A stretch of 64,000 nucleotides of DNA, from contig CAVYGQ010000001.1 of the NCBI GenBank assembly GCA_963768175.1, positions 574,305 through 638,304 of the forward strand. The letters run 5' to 3'. Origin of the DNA: Candidatus Doudnabacteria bacterium (lineage in GTDB: Bacteria; Patescibacteriota; Doudnabacteria; UBA920). Shown piece after piece: positions 28,617-38,086 of this stretch. The notes under the pieces were generated by a model. That model was not told the DNA's origin. It ran no database searches and saw only the letters and a program-made list of their open reading frames with translations. The position numbers were made by a program, and so were the translations under genes. Numbering within the stretch: position 1 is the first letter of the stretch; every line of letters begins with the position of its first letter.

Positions 28617-28696
28617 CATAAGAATGGTTGTAAGTTGCAAGTTAGTAAGCAGTAAGTAACTTGGAACTTACAACTCTACAACTTACAACTGGTTAA

Positions 28697-29467
28697 TTAT
28701 TTTATGATTTTAACTGACTCCATAACCACAGGCGTTTTGGGAGTACCGTCAGTCGGGCCCATTACCGGAGTAATTGGGACCTGGCCGATTTCATCAACCA
28801 CATCCTGCCCGGCAATAACTTTTCCAAAAATTGTATAGTTGTGGGGCAGATTGTTGTCGGCCAGCATAATAAAGAACTGGCTGCCGTTGGTATTAGGACC
28901 GCTGTTGGCCATAGCCAGGACTCCTTTAAGATATCCTGCTTGGTAAGACGGCGTGTCTGGATTCAGCTCGTCCGCAAACGGCTTGCCAAAAGCGCTTTGT
29001 CCGCCGGTGCCGTTGCCGTTTGGGTCTCCGCCTTGGATAACAAAGCCCGCTGCCACGCGGTGGAAAGTCAGGCAGTCATAATATCCGGAATCGGTTAAAC
29101 GCAAAAAATTCTGCGCCGCCAAAGGCGCGTCTTTATCGTAGAGCTGCACGGTAATGCTGCCGAAATCTTTTACGTTAATTTGTACTTCCCTATTGGCGAT
29201 GTTTATTTTGGCGTTTGACGTTAATTTGCTTTGGCTAAAATCCCTGATGCATCCGGAAGTTGCCGGCGGCTGGGCGGGCGTGGTTGAAGCGACCGTTTCG
29301 GCCGGCTGGCTGCTTTGGGCTACTGCCGGCTGCTGCTGGGTATTGTTTTGGGCCACGGGAGCCGGAATTACCAAAGGCTTTGTCTGCTGCCAGTAAAAAT
29401 ACCATGATAAAGCGGCGCCGACTGCGATTATTAAGACGATAACTAAAACTAAGGTTTTATTGCTCAT
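28697..29467 (-). CDS. ppiB: peptidyl-prolyl cis-trans isomerase (cyclophilin type) with N-terminal TM anchor
   Basis: FHRVAAGFVIQGGDP...GSQFFI. Confidence 0.85.
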   Translation of the reverse strand: MSNKTLVLVIVLIIAVGAALSWYFYWQQTKPLVIPAPVAQNNTQQQPAVAQSSQPAETVASTTPAQPPATSGCIRDFSQSKLTSNAKINIANREVQINVKDFGSITVQLYDKDAPLAAQNFLRLTDSGYYDCLTFHRVAAGFVIQGGDPNGNGTGGQSAFGKPFADELNPDTPSYQAGYLKGVLAMANSGPNTNGSQFFIMLADNNLPHNYTIFGKVIAGQDVVDEIGQVPITPVMGPTDGTPKTPVVMESVKIIK

Positions 29468-29502
29468 TCTTTATATGATTAGTTAATTCTTTGATTATTT
29501 TA

Positions 29503-30954
29503 TCATACCGCGGCATTTAATTCAACCGGCGCGGATTTTTTGTTTGCGAGGTATCTTAACACAAAATAAATCCCAAAAACTCCCCCGATTAAGGCCCAGA
29601 ATATCCAGGCCGAAATTTGGAAATTCAGGAAGCTTAAAGGCAAGCCGGCAAAAAATGATGTGACTTTTAAAATGTAAAGCAGTAGCCAGTTGGCCACCAC
29701 GGCAAAGCCAGGACCAGCAAAAGGCAAAGCGGATAAAAAGCCAAACAGCATGGCCAAAGGCAAAACCGGCATAATTAAAACATTGACTATCGGCGCCGAA
29801 AAGCTCAACACGCCGAAGTCCAGCAAAATTATGGGCAAAGTGGAAAGCACGGCGGCCAGGGTAATAAGGAACAATTTTTTGGCGCCGAAAATTTCCGGTA
29901 TTTTTGGCGTCAACTGGTTAAAAACCGGTAAAAAATAAACAATGCCCAAAGTCGCGGCAAATGACAGCTGGAAGCCCACGTCCCAAAACAGAATTTTTGG
30001 GTTAATAACCAACATAACCAAAGCGGCAAAAAACAGCGCCGGCACTATGGAATACTGCCGGCCAATATTTAAGGCAATCAAGAGCAAAAAGCCCATTATG
30101 GCGGCGCGCACTACCGAGGACGGAGCGCCGGTAATAATCACGAAAGCAAAGACCGCGGCAATTGTCAACCAAAAAACCGCGCGCCTGCCCAAATAAAACG
30201 CGAGAGCGGTTAAAAGCGAAACAATAATTGTCACCTTATATCCGTCTACGGCAATAATGTGCGAGGCGCCGGTTTCGCTAAAATCGCTGACCACCGACTG
30301 CGGCAACATACCCTTTTGTCCGGTCAAGATGGCCAAAAGCAGGCTGCGCTGCGGCTCCTCTAACAATTCGGCTATTTTGCCGCTAAAATCGTCTTTGATT
30401 TTTAACAAAAAATATTTTACCGGATTAAGCCGCCGGCTTTTTAAAATCAAAATTTTTGGATAGCTCATAACCGCGTAAATATTAAAACGCTCCAAATATT
30501 TTTGATAGTCAAAATCGCCGTAATTTTTGGGCTGCCCGGGTTTGCCTTCCACCACCACCCAATCGCCGTAAAAAAATTTCTGCGTCAAAGGCGCGGTAAT
30601 CAAAATATTTTGGCTAAAGCCGTTGGGCGTAAAAGTTATTAACTGCTCACTGCTTCTTACGTCCACGTCCTCGGTTATATATCCTTCCATCTGTTGTTTA
30701 TTGTCCAAAAGATTTTGATATTCATTTGGCGCCATGGATGCCCCGAGCCTTAAAGCGCCAAGCCCCGCGCAAAATAAAAACAGCGCCGCAAGTGCGCTTT
30801 TGTTATTTTGGCCGAAAAAGAAAACGGCAAAGCCCGCCGCGCAAACAGCCAAAAAGATATCTAAGGCGTCAGCCGGAATATTAAATTTTGAGGCAATTAA
30901 TACGCCTGCCGCAAAACTTATGGCTATGCCAATAAACACTCTGCTCTTGTACAT
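29503..30954 (-). CDS. comEC: ComEC/Rec2 family competence protein (no beta-lactamase domain)
   Basis: DUF4131-like N-terminus. Competence-domain motifs LLLAILTGQKG and SGASHIIAVDGYKVTI. Multiple TM helices. Confidence 0.75.
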   Translation of the reverse strand: MYKSRVFIGIAISFAAGVLIASKFNIPADALDIFLAVCAAGFAVFFFGQNNKSALAALFLFCAGLGALRLGASMAPNEYQNLLDNKQQMEGYITEDVDVRSSEQLITFTPNGFSQNILITAPLTQKFFYGDWVVVEGKPGQPKNYGDFDYQKYLERFNIYAVMSYPKILILKSRRLNPVKYFLLKIKDDFSGKIAELLEEPQRSLLLAILTGQKGMLPQSVVSDFSETGASHIIAVDGYKVTIIVSLLTALAFYLGRRAVFWLTIAAVFAFVIITGAPSSVVRAAIMGFLLLIALNIGRQYSIVPALFFAALVMLVINPKILFWDVGFQLSFAATLGIVYFLPVFNQLTPKIPEIFGAKKLFLITLAAVLSTLPIILLDFGVLSFSAPIVNVLIMPVLPLAMLFGFLSALPFAGPGFAVVANWLLLYILKVTSFFAGLPLSFLNFQISAWIFWALIGGVFGIYFVLRYLANKKSAPVELNAAV

Positions 30955-30962
30955 TTCGTGGG

Positions 30963-31000
30963 TTGTTGATTTTTTGCGCGGCCGCGCAAAAAATCAACAA
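30963..31000. repeat. 38-bp perfect palindrome TTGTTGATTTTTTGCGCGGCCGCGCAAAAAATCAACAA
   Basis: Immediately upstream of the comEC start. A near-identical palindrome lies inside fpg at 25343-25380. Confidence 0.7.
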
Positions 31001-31002
31001 AA

Positions 31003-31224
31003 TTAAATTCTTATTTTTAACACTTTTTGTTTGGATTTCCCGCCGCGAACTAAAATGACTTTGGATTTGCTTACTCTAAAATACTCCGCCAGAGCTTCCA
31101 CTACCGTTTTGTTGGCCTTGCCTTCAAGCGGCGGCTGGCTAACATAAACGTGCAGGGTGCCAGATAGATCTTTTTCAACCCTGTGCTTTTTGGAACTTGG
31201 ATGAACAATTACGCTGATTTTCAT
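31003..31224 (-). CDS. DUF167 (YggU) family protein
   Basis: 73 aa; LEGKANKTVVEALAEYF...VRGGKSKQK pattern. Confidence 0.7.
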   Translation of the reverse strand: MKISVIVHPSSKKHRVEKDLSGTLHVYVSQPPLEGKANKTVVEALAEYFRVSKSKVILVRGGKSKQKVLKIRI

Positions 31225-31688
31225 CGTAATTTGTCCTTATATTTTTCTAAAAAGAACGGCAATTGGGAATGTTTCAACTCCGGCAAATTATCTAACTTAA
31301 ACCAGCCAATTTCGTCAAACTTATGCGGCTCGCCGTTTTTGGCCTGCCTTGGGTCAACCAAGACTTTAAAATCTAGGCTCACCCAATGGGTCGGCCGACC
31401 TAGGTGGCTACGGTGCACGTCACGGAACCCCAAAAACTCAAAACTTAAGACATCCGCGCAATATTCTTCCTTGATTTCCTTGCGCAAAGTATTTTCCGCC
31501 GTGTCGCCAAACTCCAAACCGCCGGCGCCGCAATCCCAGGCTCCGTGTTCATCCCGGGCTTGTTTGCCTCTCTTTTGCATTAAAAAATTTCCTTTGCCGT
31601 CGTGGCAAAAATAAACTACGGAAACGCCGATGAAATCTACGCCTTTACGTAGTGGCTGCAAGGGCGCGCTGTTTGTTTGATTTTGCAT
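31221..31688 (-). CDS. NUDIX hydrolase
   Basis: Nudix box GGLEFGDTAENTLRKEIKEE. Start probably the internal Met. Confidence 0.7.
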   Translation of the reverse strand: MQNQTNSAPLQPLRKGVDFIGVSVVYFCHDGKGNFLMQKRGKQARDEHGAWDCGAGGLEFGDTAENTLRKEIKEEYCADVLSFEFLGFRDVHRSHLGRPTHWVSLDFKVLVDPRQAKNGEPHKFDEIGWFKLDNLPELKHSQLPFFLEKYKDKLR

Positions 31689-32268
31689 ATAAGACAAATT
31701 GATATGCGCCAAAAAGCGCAACCGTATATCCTAAATCCCCAAACAAGGTGCCGCGGAAAAACGGCAGGCCGTTAACGTACGCCGCCATAATCCCGATTAA
31801 ATTATGGCTATATGAGCCGTAAAAAAAGGCAAAGTTGGTAACCAAAAAGAATATGGCCGATGAAAGCAAGGACGAGCCGATGATTTTTGCCCACTTCACA
31901 ACGGCGTCATCCTGAGCCCATCCAAAGAAAATTCCCAGCGGGCGAAGGAACTCTTTCTTAGATTGAGATTCTTCAGCCTCAGATGCATTCGGCTTCAGAA
32001 TGACGCCATTGGTAGCAGACTTTTTAATCCACAGCCCAAACAACACACCAACCAAATGCGAAGCGTAAACCGCAACCATTAGCGGCCAGGCAAAAAACCC
32101 CAAAAATATATCGCTAATAAATCTCACGGCTAAAGTCAGGCCGACTGATTTTTTCCAGCCCAAATTCGCCGCGCTAAAAATCGCCAAAGCCGTTATGGGG
32201 GCGGCGTTGGGCATATGGGGGATAAATCTGGCGGCTATTGCCGCTATAATCAAAAAGTAGATAATCAT
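31645..32268 (-). CDS. polytopic membrane protein carrying an in-frame inverted-repeat-bounded insert
   Basis: 207 aa, 5-6 TM helices. The segment 31909-32007 is bounded by GGCGTCATCCTGAGCCC / GGCTTCAGAATGACGCC inverted repeats. Confidence 0.45.
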   Translation of the reverse strand: MIIYFLIIAAIAARFIPHMPNAAPITALAIFSAANLGWKKSVGLTLAVRFISDIFLGFFAWPLMVAVYASHLVGVLFGLWIKKSATNGVILKPNASEAEESQSKKEFLRPLGIFFGWAQDDAVVKWAKIIGSSLLSSAIFFLVTNFAFFYGSYSHNLIGIMAAYVNGLPFFRGTLFGDLGYTVALFGAYQFVLYAKSNKQRALAATT

Positions 32269-32270
32269 CT

Positions 32271-32726
32271 TTATTCTCCTGAAGCGCTAATTAAATTTAA
32301 TTTCCATTCAATTTTATCGCCAGCTTTTAAAATATATGACGACGCGCCCACATTGCTGGATTTGCCGCTTACGAAAAATTCCCAGTAATGTTTGCTGTCA
32401 GGTTTTACACCGTCAATTGATAAAACCATTTCGCCGATGCCGGAATAACTTTTGGTTTCAACTTTATGGTCATTTTTCAAAAGCTGGATGGCCGTTTCGC
32501 CTGTAACAATAACATCGCTGGGCTTGTTTAAATTAGAACCGTCTACTGTTTGGGTTACGGTCAAGCTTTGGGTTTGCGGAGTGGCTGGCGGATTGATAAT
32601 CGTCGACTGGGTAGTTTGCTGCAAAGCGGCCGGCTGATTATTTACTTGCGGCTGGGTCTGGTTGCATGCCGCTGCTAACAAAAAAAACGCCGCTGGCAAT
32701 AAAATAGTTTTTACTGATTTTTTCAT
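32271..32726 (-). CDS. DUF4430-like lipoprotein (transcobalamin-like fold)
   Basis: Lipobox LAAAC. C-terminal SYSGIGEMVLSIDGVKPDSKHYWEFFVSGK...GDKIEWKL. Confidence 0.5.
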   Translation of the reverse strand: MKKSVKTILLPAAFFLLAAACNQTQPQVNNQPAALQQTTQSTIINPPATPQTQSLTVTQTVDGSNLNKPSDVIVTGETAIQLLKNDHKVETKSYSGIGEMVLSIDGVKPDSKHYWEFFVSGKSSNVGASSYILKAGDKIEWKLNLISASGE

Positions 32727-32775
32727 ACCTTCTGATTTTACCGAGTTAATTGTTAATCGTCAATCGTTTGTTTCT

Positions 32776-32870
32776 GTCATTGCGAGCGGAGCGAAGCAAT
32801 CTTTACTTTACTTTACTTTGTTTGATAGATTGCTTCGTCGTCCCGATAAGTCAGGTCTCCTCGCAATGAC
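32776..32870. repeat. ~95-bp palindromic element GTCATTGCGAG...CGAAGCAATC...GATTGCTTCG...CTCGCAATGAC
   Basis: Perfect 11-bp outer and 10-bp inner inverted repeats with a central TTTACTx3 repeat. Relative of the 15092-15123 hairpin. Confidence 0.7.
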
Positions 32871-32871
32871 A

Positions 32872-33504
32872 TCAATAGTCTATCCCCTTTTGGGCAAGTA
32901 TGCCCTTATAATACGGATGCTGAATCATTTTCATTTCGGTTACCAAATCGCAGAGTTTTAAGATTTTCGGGAACTTGTTGTGGCCGGTCAAAACCAGATG
33001 CATTAATTTCGGCTTGATGTTTATTAAATCTATAATATCCCGCTCTTCTATTAGTCCGACTTCCAAGGCGAAAATAATTTCATCAAGGATAACTAGATCA
33101 TAATCGCCCGAAGCAATAATCTCCCGCGCCCGTTCTATTCCTTTTAGCGCCTGGCGGATATGGCTGTCTTTTTCTTTTTTGTCGCCCAAAATGCCCACAA
33201 AGCCAAGGCCGACTTGTTCGTTTTCTATATTACCGATAGACGACGGATAGCTGATGCTATCAAAAAAATTTATTTCCGAAGATACCGGCCATTCGCCTTC
33301 TTTAACCCTGTCATCCGACCGATTGGCAGCTTTAACGAATTGCAAAATAAAAACATTTTTTCCGTCCCCCGCCGCCCGCACCGCCATACCCATTGCCGCC
33401 GTAGTCTTGCCTTTGCCCGCGCCTATGTAGCAAATCACCAGCCCCTTAGGCTCGTCGGAGAATGAAGTGGGTATTTTTAATTTTTGCTTTTTACCTTTAC
33501 CCAT
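32872..33504 (-). CDS. cobO: cob(I)yrinic acid a,c-diamide / cob(I)alamin adenosyltransferase
   Basis: P-loop GAGKGKTTAA; YDLVILDEI; LVLTGH. Confidence 0.8.
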   Translation of the reverse strand: MGKGKKQKLKIPTSFSDEPKGLVICYIGAGKGKTTAAMGMAVRAAGDGKNVFILQFVKAANRSDDRVKEGEWPVSSEINFFDSISYPSSIGNIENEQVGLGFVGILGDKKEKDSHIRQALKGIERAREIIASGDYDLVILDEIIFALEVGLIEERDIIDLINIKPKLMHLVLTGHNKFPKILKLCDLVTEMKMIQHPYYKGILAQKGIDY

Positions 33505-33505
33505 A

Positions 33506-34243
33506 TTACCTTTCCACTACCAATAAAGTAAAAGCTTTATACTCGGCTATCTTTTGCCAAAACTCCTGCCCTAGTTTTTGAACGCCTTCTGGTGTCGGGG
33601 ATAAATCTTTCCAAGTAACCTTGGTAAATCCCGAATCGCTGATAGCCCGCTCATAAACGACCTTGGAAAATTGATTCACTACTGCGGTAATTTGAGTTTT
33701 TTGCGTGGCAGGATCCAAAAATTCTATCTGAATTCCACCATCATCTAAACGGGTTATCCTGCGATTTGGCACTCCCCCTGCTACAAATTCTCCCACAGGA
33801 TTCAAGGTAACGGAAACAAACTTCCCCTGCGGCGCCAGGTTCCTATTGGCAGTTTCAAAAAATACTTTTAAGTGCCCTTCATTTTCCGCGTAAGGCAAAA
33901 CCATATTTGATACTGCGACATCAAATGGCCCAGCGCCAAAATCTTCCGGCTCTGATACCACAAAGTGTAACTTGTCGCCCAGACACGCTTTAAGGCTAGA
34001 TTGCTTGGCGTGTGCTATTAAATTCTCCGATTTATCAAAACCGACCACTTCGGCAGCCCCACTTTTTGCCAACAATTCGGCAAAGATCCCATCACCGCAT
34101 CCAATATCCAAAATGCGCCTACCGTTTACGTCTCCGAGTTCGCGCATCAAACTGGGATATTGCAAATAATTCCTAAGCGAATCCTTAACGATAAAGTTAG
34201 AATATTCCCGACTGGCTATATTAAACTCCCTAATATTACTCAT
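33506..34243 (-). CDS. class I SAM-dependent methyltransferase
   Basis: SAM-binding motif ILDIGCGDG. Confidence 0.7.
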   Translation of the reverse strand: MSNIREFNIASREYSNFIVKDSLRNYLQYPSLMRELGDVNGRRILDIGCGDGIFAELLAKSGAAEVVGFDKSENLIAHAKQSSLKACLGDKLHFVVSEPEDFGAGPFDVAVSNMVLPYAENEGHLKVFFETANRNLAPQGKFVSVTLNPVGEFVAGGVPNRRITRLDDGGIQIEFLDPATQKTQITAVVNQFSKVVYERAISDSGFTKVTWKDLSPTPEGVQKLGQEFWQKIAEYKAFTLLVVER

Positions 34244-34385
34244 ACTTTTCAGGCGGCAGCTGTTGTGCCGCCGCCTTTACGATAAATTTCTATTAATTTC
34301 GCGAGTCAACCGAAGGGTGACGAGCATATTTCCATTAATTTCCAGCAAAATTTGACCCTTCGACAAGCTCAGGGATCAAATTTTG

Positions 34386-37061
34386 CTAACCACACTTAGA
34401 GTACCCGCAAACCTCACACTTCATGCAGCCTTCGGCCAAAAGCATCATGCTCGAGCAGGAAGGGCAGACCGGAGCATTGCCTAGATTGGCGATGGAAACT
34501 TTTTGCGTTTTTTTGTAGGTTAGGTGCCCGTTGGTTTTTATTTTGTCTTCACTGATGGTTTCTACTATCTTTTCATCAGTCTTTATTACAATTTCTTCTT
34601 TAGCCACTGCGGGTAAGTCCGATGGAGTGACTGGTAGATCTAAAGTAAGCTGCTTATCATTCCTTTTAATGTGCTTTTCCAGAATCTTCGCAATCGCGTC
34701 AGGCAAACTAAAGACCACGCCGCCGTCGGAAAAAGAAACATCCGGCCCGCGAATACCTTTTAGCTGAGAAATAATTTCTTCTATAGCCACGTTAGACCTA
34801 AGCGCCAGAGATATCATCCTGGTAATGGCCTCGGTTTGGGCGCTAAAAAAGCCGCCGGCTTTGCCCATGGCCGCGAAAACCTCAAACGGGCCCTGGCCGT
34901 CTTCATTTACGGTTACATACAAATTGCCATAAGCGGTATTCATTTTATAGGTAATCCCCTGCATAGCATCCGGACGTGTTCTGGGGGCCAATTTAATCTG
35001 CACGTTGTCACCGGAAACCGACATAACTTCTTTGGGACTTAAGGCAACTTGCGCTGCCTTACCGGCAGCGGCGGCATCCTGTTTTGCCACAACCTGATCT
35101 GAAGCATCTTTTCCAAGCTTGGTATGGTCGGTTGCCAAAATCTGCTCATCGCGCGAGCCATCGCGATAAATAGTTCCGCCCTTGCAACCCAAATCGTACA
35201 TTAAAGTATAAAGCTGTTTGGTTTGTTCAATAGTGTAATCGGAAGGCGCGTTGCAGGTTTTGGAAATGGCGCTGTCCGTCCAGCGCTGGACCGCGGCCTG
35301 GACCTTTACGTGCTCTTCGGGCATCAGCTCCATGGCGGTGGTAAAATATTCCGGCAAATCCTGTCCGGGATGCTTGTTCAAAAAGTCTGCGGCCAGCTTG
35401 ATTTTTTCCTCGTGCACGCCAAGACGGCTCTTGCGGAAATACGTCCAGGAAAAAAACGGTTCAATGCCGGTTGAGGTACCAACCATTGTCCCCACGGTTC
35501 CCGTCGGCGCCTGGGTCAAAATGGTCACGTTGCGGATGCCGTATTTTAAAACCAAATCGCGGATGTAAGCGGGCATAGCCTGCATGTAGCCGGATTGTAA
35601 AAATTTTTCGGCGTCAAACTTTTCAAAGGCGCCTTTTTCGCGCGCCAGCTCCACGGAAGTTTCGTAAGCCGTAACGGCAATAAACTGGTAAAGTTTGTCT
35701 ATAAATTCCACGGCCTCGGCACTGCCATATTTTATGCCTTTGTGGATCATCATCTCGGCCAAGCCAATGGTGCCCATGCCGACCCGGCGCTCGGATATTT
35801 GCTGATTTTTATTCTCATCAAAAAAGTACGGCGTGGCGTCTATAACGTTGTCCTGGAAGCGCACGGCATATTGCACGGTCTGTTTTAATTCATTCCATAA
35901 TACCTCGCCCGTGTCTTTGTCGATATGCTTAGATAAATTCACATGACCCAAATTGCATACGCCCCAGGCCGGCAAAGGCTGTTCGCCGCAGGGGTTGGTA
36001 CAGGGCAAATCGGCGTAATAATGGGAATTGCTATAGTAATTGGCGCGGTCTATGAAATACATTCCCGGTTCGGCGCTTGAGTGGGCCGAAGCGATAATGT
36101 TGTCCCAAATATCTGCGGCGCGCACAGTTTTGTGCTTAATGACTTTTCCGCCCAACTCCTGCCAGCGCTTAATGTTGCCGTCCCAATGCTCCGCGTAAAG
36201 CGGATCGGTGGTGTCGGGGAAAATTAAATCCCAAGGCTTGTCGTTTTTAACCGCATCCATAAAATCATCGGTAATAGCGACGGAAATATTGGCGTTGGTG
36301 ATTTTCCCGGCTTCTTTTTTGGAATTGATAAAATCTATCACATCCGGGTGCCAGCAATTTAAAATAAGCATCAGCGCTCCCCGGCGGCTGCCGCCCTGCT
36401 CAATCAAGCCGGTCACAAAACTATAAAGGGATGCCCAGGATACGGAACCGCTGCTCCTACCGTTGACGCCTCTGACATAAGCATAGCGGGGACGCAAAGA
36501 AGAAACATTAATACCCACTCCGCCGCCGCGCGACATAATTTCCGCCATTTGCCCCAGCGTTTCAAAAATCCCCTGGCGGCTGTCTTTGGGCGAAGGAATA
36601 ACGTAGCAGTTATAAAAAGTCAGGTTCTGCCCGGTCCCCGCGCCGGTAAAAATTCTTCCGGCCGGGACATACTTCCAATCATCCATAAGTCGGCGAAATT
36701 TTTCTTCCCATTCAATTTTTTTCTCCGCTGTTTTTTCCACACTGGAAATATGTTTGGCAATCCTATCAAACATTTGTTCCGGCATAAGCTCCAGCGGCTT
36801 GTCCACATGCTCAATAGTCCGGTATTCAATTTGGCCATCGCGCATGCGCACGCTGACCTCGCGGGTTTCCGGGCTCAGACTTTCAATAACTCCGATTTCC
36901 CGCTGGCCGGTTTTGGGGTTAACCAGAACTACCACCGTGTCGCCCACAGCCAAAGTTTCGCGCTTAATATCCTTAACCGCATAACGGTCCAAAAATATTT
37001 TTTCGCCCAATTCTGACAAAGCATTTTTTTCCCTCTCCTGGAGATTGACCTTGGATTGCAT
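34386..37061 (-). CDS. nrdJ: ribonucleotide reductase class II (adenosylcobalamin-dependent)
   Basis: 891 aa. Motifs GGGVGINVSSLRP and CNLG; C-terminal zinc ribbon CPSC...CMKCEVCG. Confidence 0.9.
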   Translation of the reverse strand: MQSKVNLQEREKNALSELGEKIFLDRYAVKDIKRETLAVGDTVVVLVNPKTGQREIGVIESLSPETREVSVRMRDGQIEYRTIEHVDKPLELMPEQMFDRIAKHISSVEKTAEKKIEWEEKFRRLMDDWKYVPAGRIFTGAGTGQNLTFYNCYVIPSPKDSRQGIFETLGQMAEIMSRGGGVGINVSSLRPRYAYVRGVNGRSSGSVSWASLYSFVTGLIEQGGSRRGALMLILNCWHPDVIDFINSKKEAGKITNANISVAITDDFMDAVKNDKPWDLIFPDTTDPLYAEHWDGNIKRWQELGGKVIKHKTVRAADIWDNIIASAHSSAEPGMYFIDRANYYSNSHYYADLPCTNPCGEQPLPAWGVCNLGHVNLSKHIDKDTGEVLWNELKQTVQYAVRFQDNVIDATPYFFDENKNQQISERRVGMGTIGLAEMMIHKGIKYGSAEAVEFIDKLYQFIAVTAYETSVELAREKGAFEKFDAEKFLQSGYMQAMPAYIRDLVLKYGIRNVTILTQAPTGTVGTMVGTSTGIEPFFSWTYFRKSRLGVHEEKIKLAADFLNKHPGQDLPEYFTTAMELMPEEHVKVQAAVQRWTDSAISKTCNAPSDYTIEQTKQLYTLMYDLGCKGGTIYRDGSRDEQILATDHTKLGKDASDQVVAKQDAAAAGKAAQVALSPKEVMSVSGDNVQIKLAPRTRPDAMQGITYKMNTAYGNLYVTVNEDGQGPFEVFAAMGKAGGFFSAQTEAITRMISLALRSNVAIEEIISQLKGIRGPDVSFSDGGVVFSLPDAIAKILEKHIKRNDKQLTLDLPVTPSDLPAVAKEEIVIKTDEKIVETISEDKIKTNGHLTYKKTQKVSIANLGNAPVCPSCSSMMLLAEGCMKCEVCGYSKCG

Positions 37062-37084
37062 AATTTTAGCTGTTATTAGTTATT

Positions 37085-37245
37085 TGATTTTAATATTGTT
37101 CAAAATTCTAAATTCTAAAACCTAAAATCTAAACAAATAATAAATTCTAAAATACAAAATATAAACCAGACACTAATCTATTTAAAATTTATTTTTTATA
37201 ATTTAGGATTTGTTTAGTTTTTAGAATTTAGGCTTTAGAGTTTCT
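37085..37245. repeat. AT-rich inverted-repeat element (CTAAAATCTAAACAAAT ... ATTTGTTTAGTTTTTAG)
   Basis: Copies at 51243-51400 and 57685-57835. Confidence 0.6.
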
Positions 37246-37687
37246 TAAGCTCTTCCTTAAATTCATCCACATCTTCAAACTGCCTGTAGACTGCGGCAAA
37301 ACGGATATAGGCAACCTTATTGACTTTTTTAATTTTCTTCATGACTATTTCACCAATTTCCAAGCTGCTTATTTCCCCGTCTTTGGCCTTTTTCTGGATT
37401 TCTATTTCTATGGATGACAGTAACTTATGCAAAGTTTCGTCGGTATGAGGGAGCTTCTCAAACGGCCTTCTTATAGCGGTCTCTAGCTTTTCTTTGGAAA
37501 ACATTTGCTTGCTGCCGTCTTTCTTAATAACCGTTAAATCCAAAATCTCTATTTCTTCGTAAGTGGAAAACCTAAAATTGCATTTCTCGCACTCCCGCCG
37601 TCTGCGGATAGCGTTGGCGTCGTCGTCGTCCACCGGACGGCTGTCCAAAACTTTTGTGTCTTCAAATTGGCAATTGGGACAACGCAT
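37235..37687 (-). CDS. nrdR: transcriptional repressor NrdR
   Basis: MRCPNCQ...CEKC zinc ribbon plus ATP-cone. Confidence 0.9.
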   Translation of the reverse strand: MRCPNCQFEDTKVLDSRPVDDDDANAIRRRRECEKCNFRFSTYEEIEILDLTVIKKDGSKQMFSKEKLETAIRRPFEKLPHTDETLHKLLSSIEIEIQKKAKDGEISSLEIGEIVMKKIKKVNKVAYIRFAAVYRQFEDVDEFKEELKKL

Positions 37688-38086
37688 ACTTTTTAATCTT
37701 AACGATAAACTTAAATTAAAAATGGAAATCTACTAATTTATTGGAATTTAGCGAAGCTTTAACAACTCCTGCAAAGCAGGTATCTTTGGAAACTATGCAA
37801 AAGCCTTTATTTTGTACGTTTTTTGATTTTTGGCTTTTTTGTGTTTTTATTTGTATTTCCCCGATTAGGCGTTTTCCACTATATATAGTGGCTACCTTTA
37901 TTATTATAATACCATATATAGTTTTTTTCAATACCCCAAAAAGCCTAACATTTTTAAAAAGTCAGGCGCAGGCCGGGGAGATATCCACAAATTTTTTCAA
38001 AATTTTCTCTATCATCTAAAAAAAGCTTCCGGGGGCACATCCGGAAGCTTTTTAAAATGAAATTGTATTTTCCTAATTCCCGTTTC

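Noticed and set aside
37062-37234. NrdR boxes upstream of nrdJ
   Set aside because: The expected paired 16-bp NrdR palindromes were not recognisable. The interval is occupied by the CTAAACAAAT inverted-repeat element.
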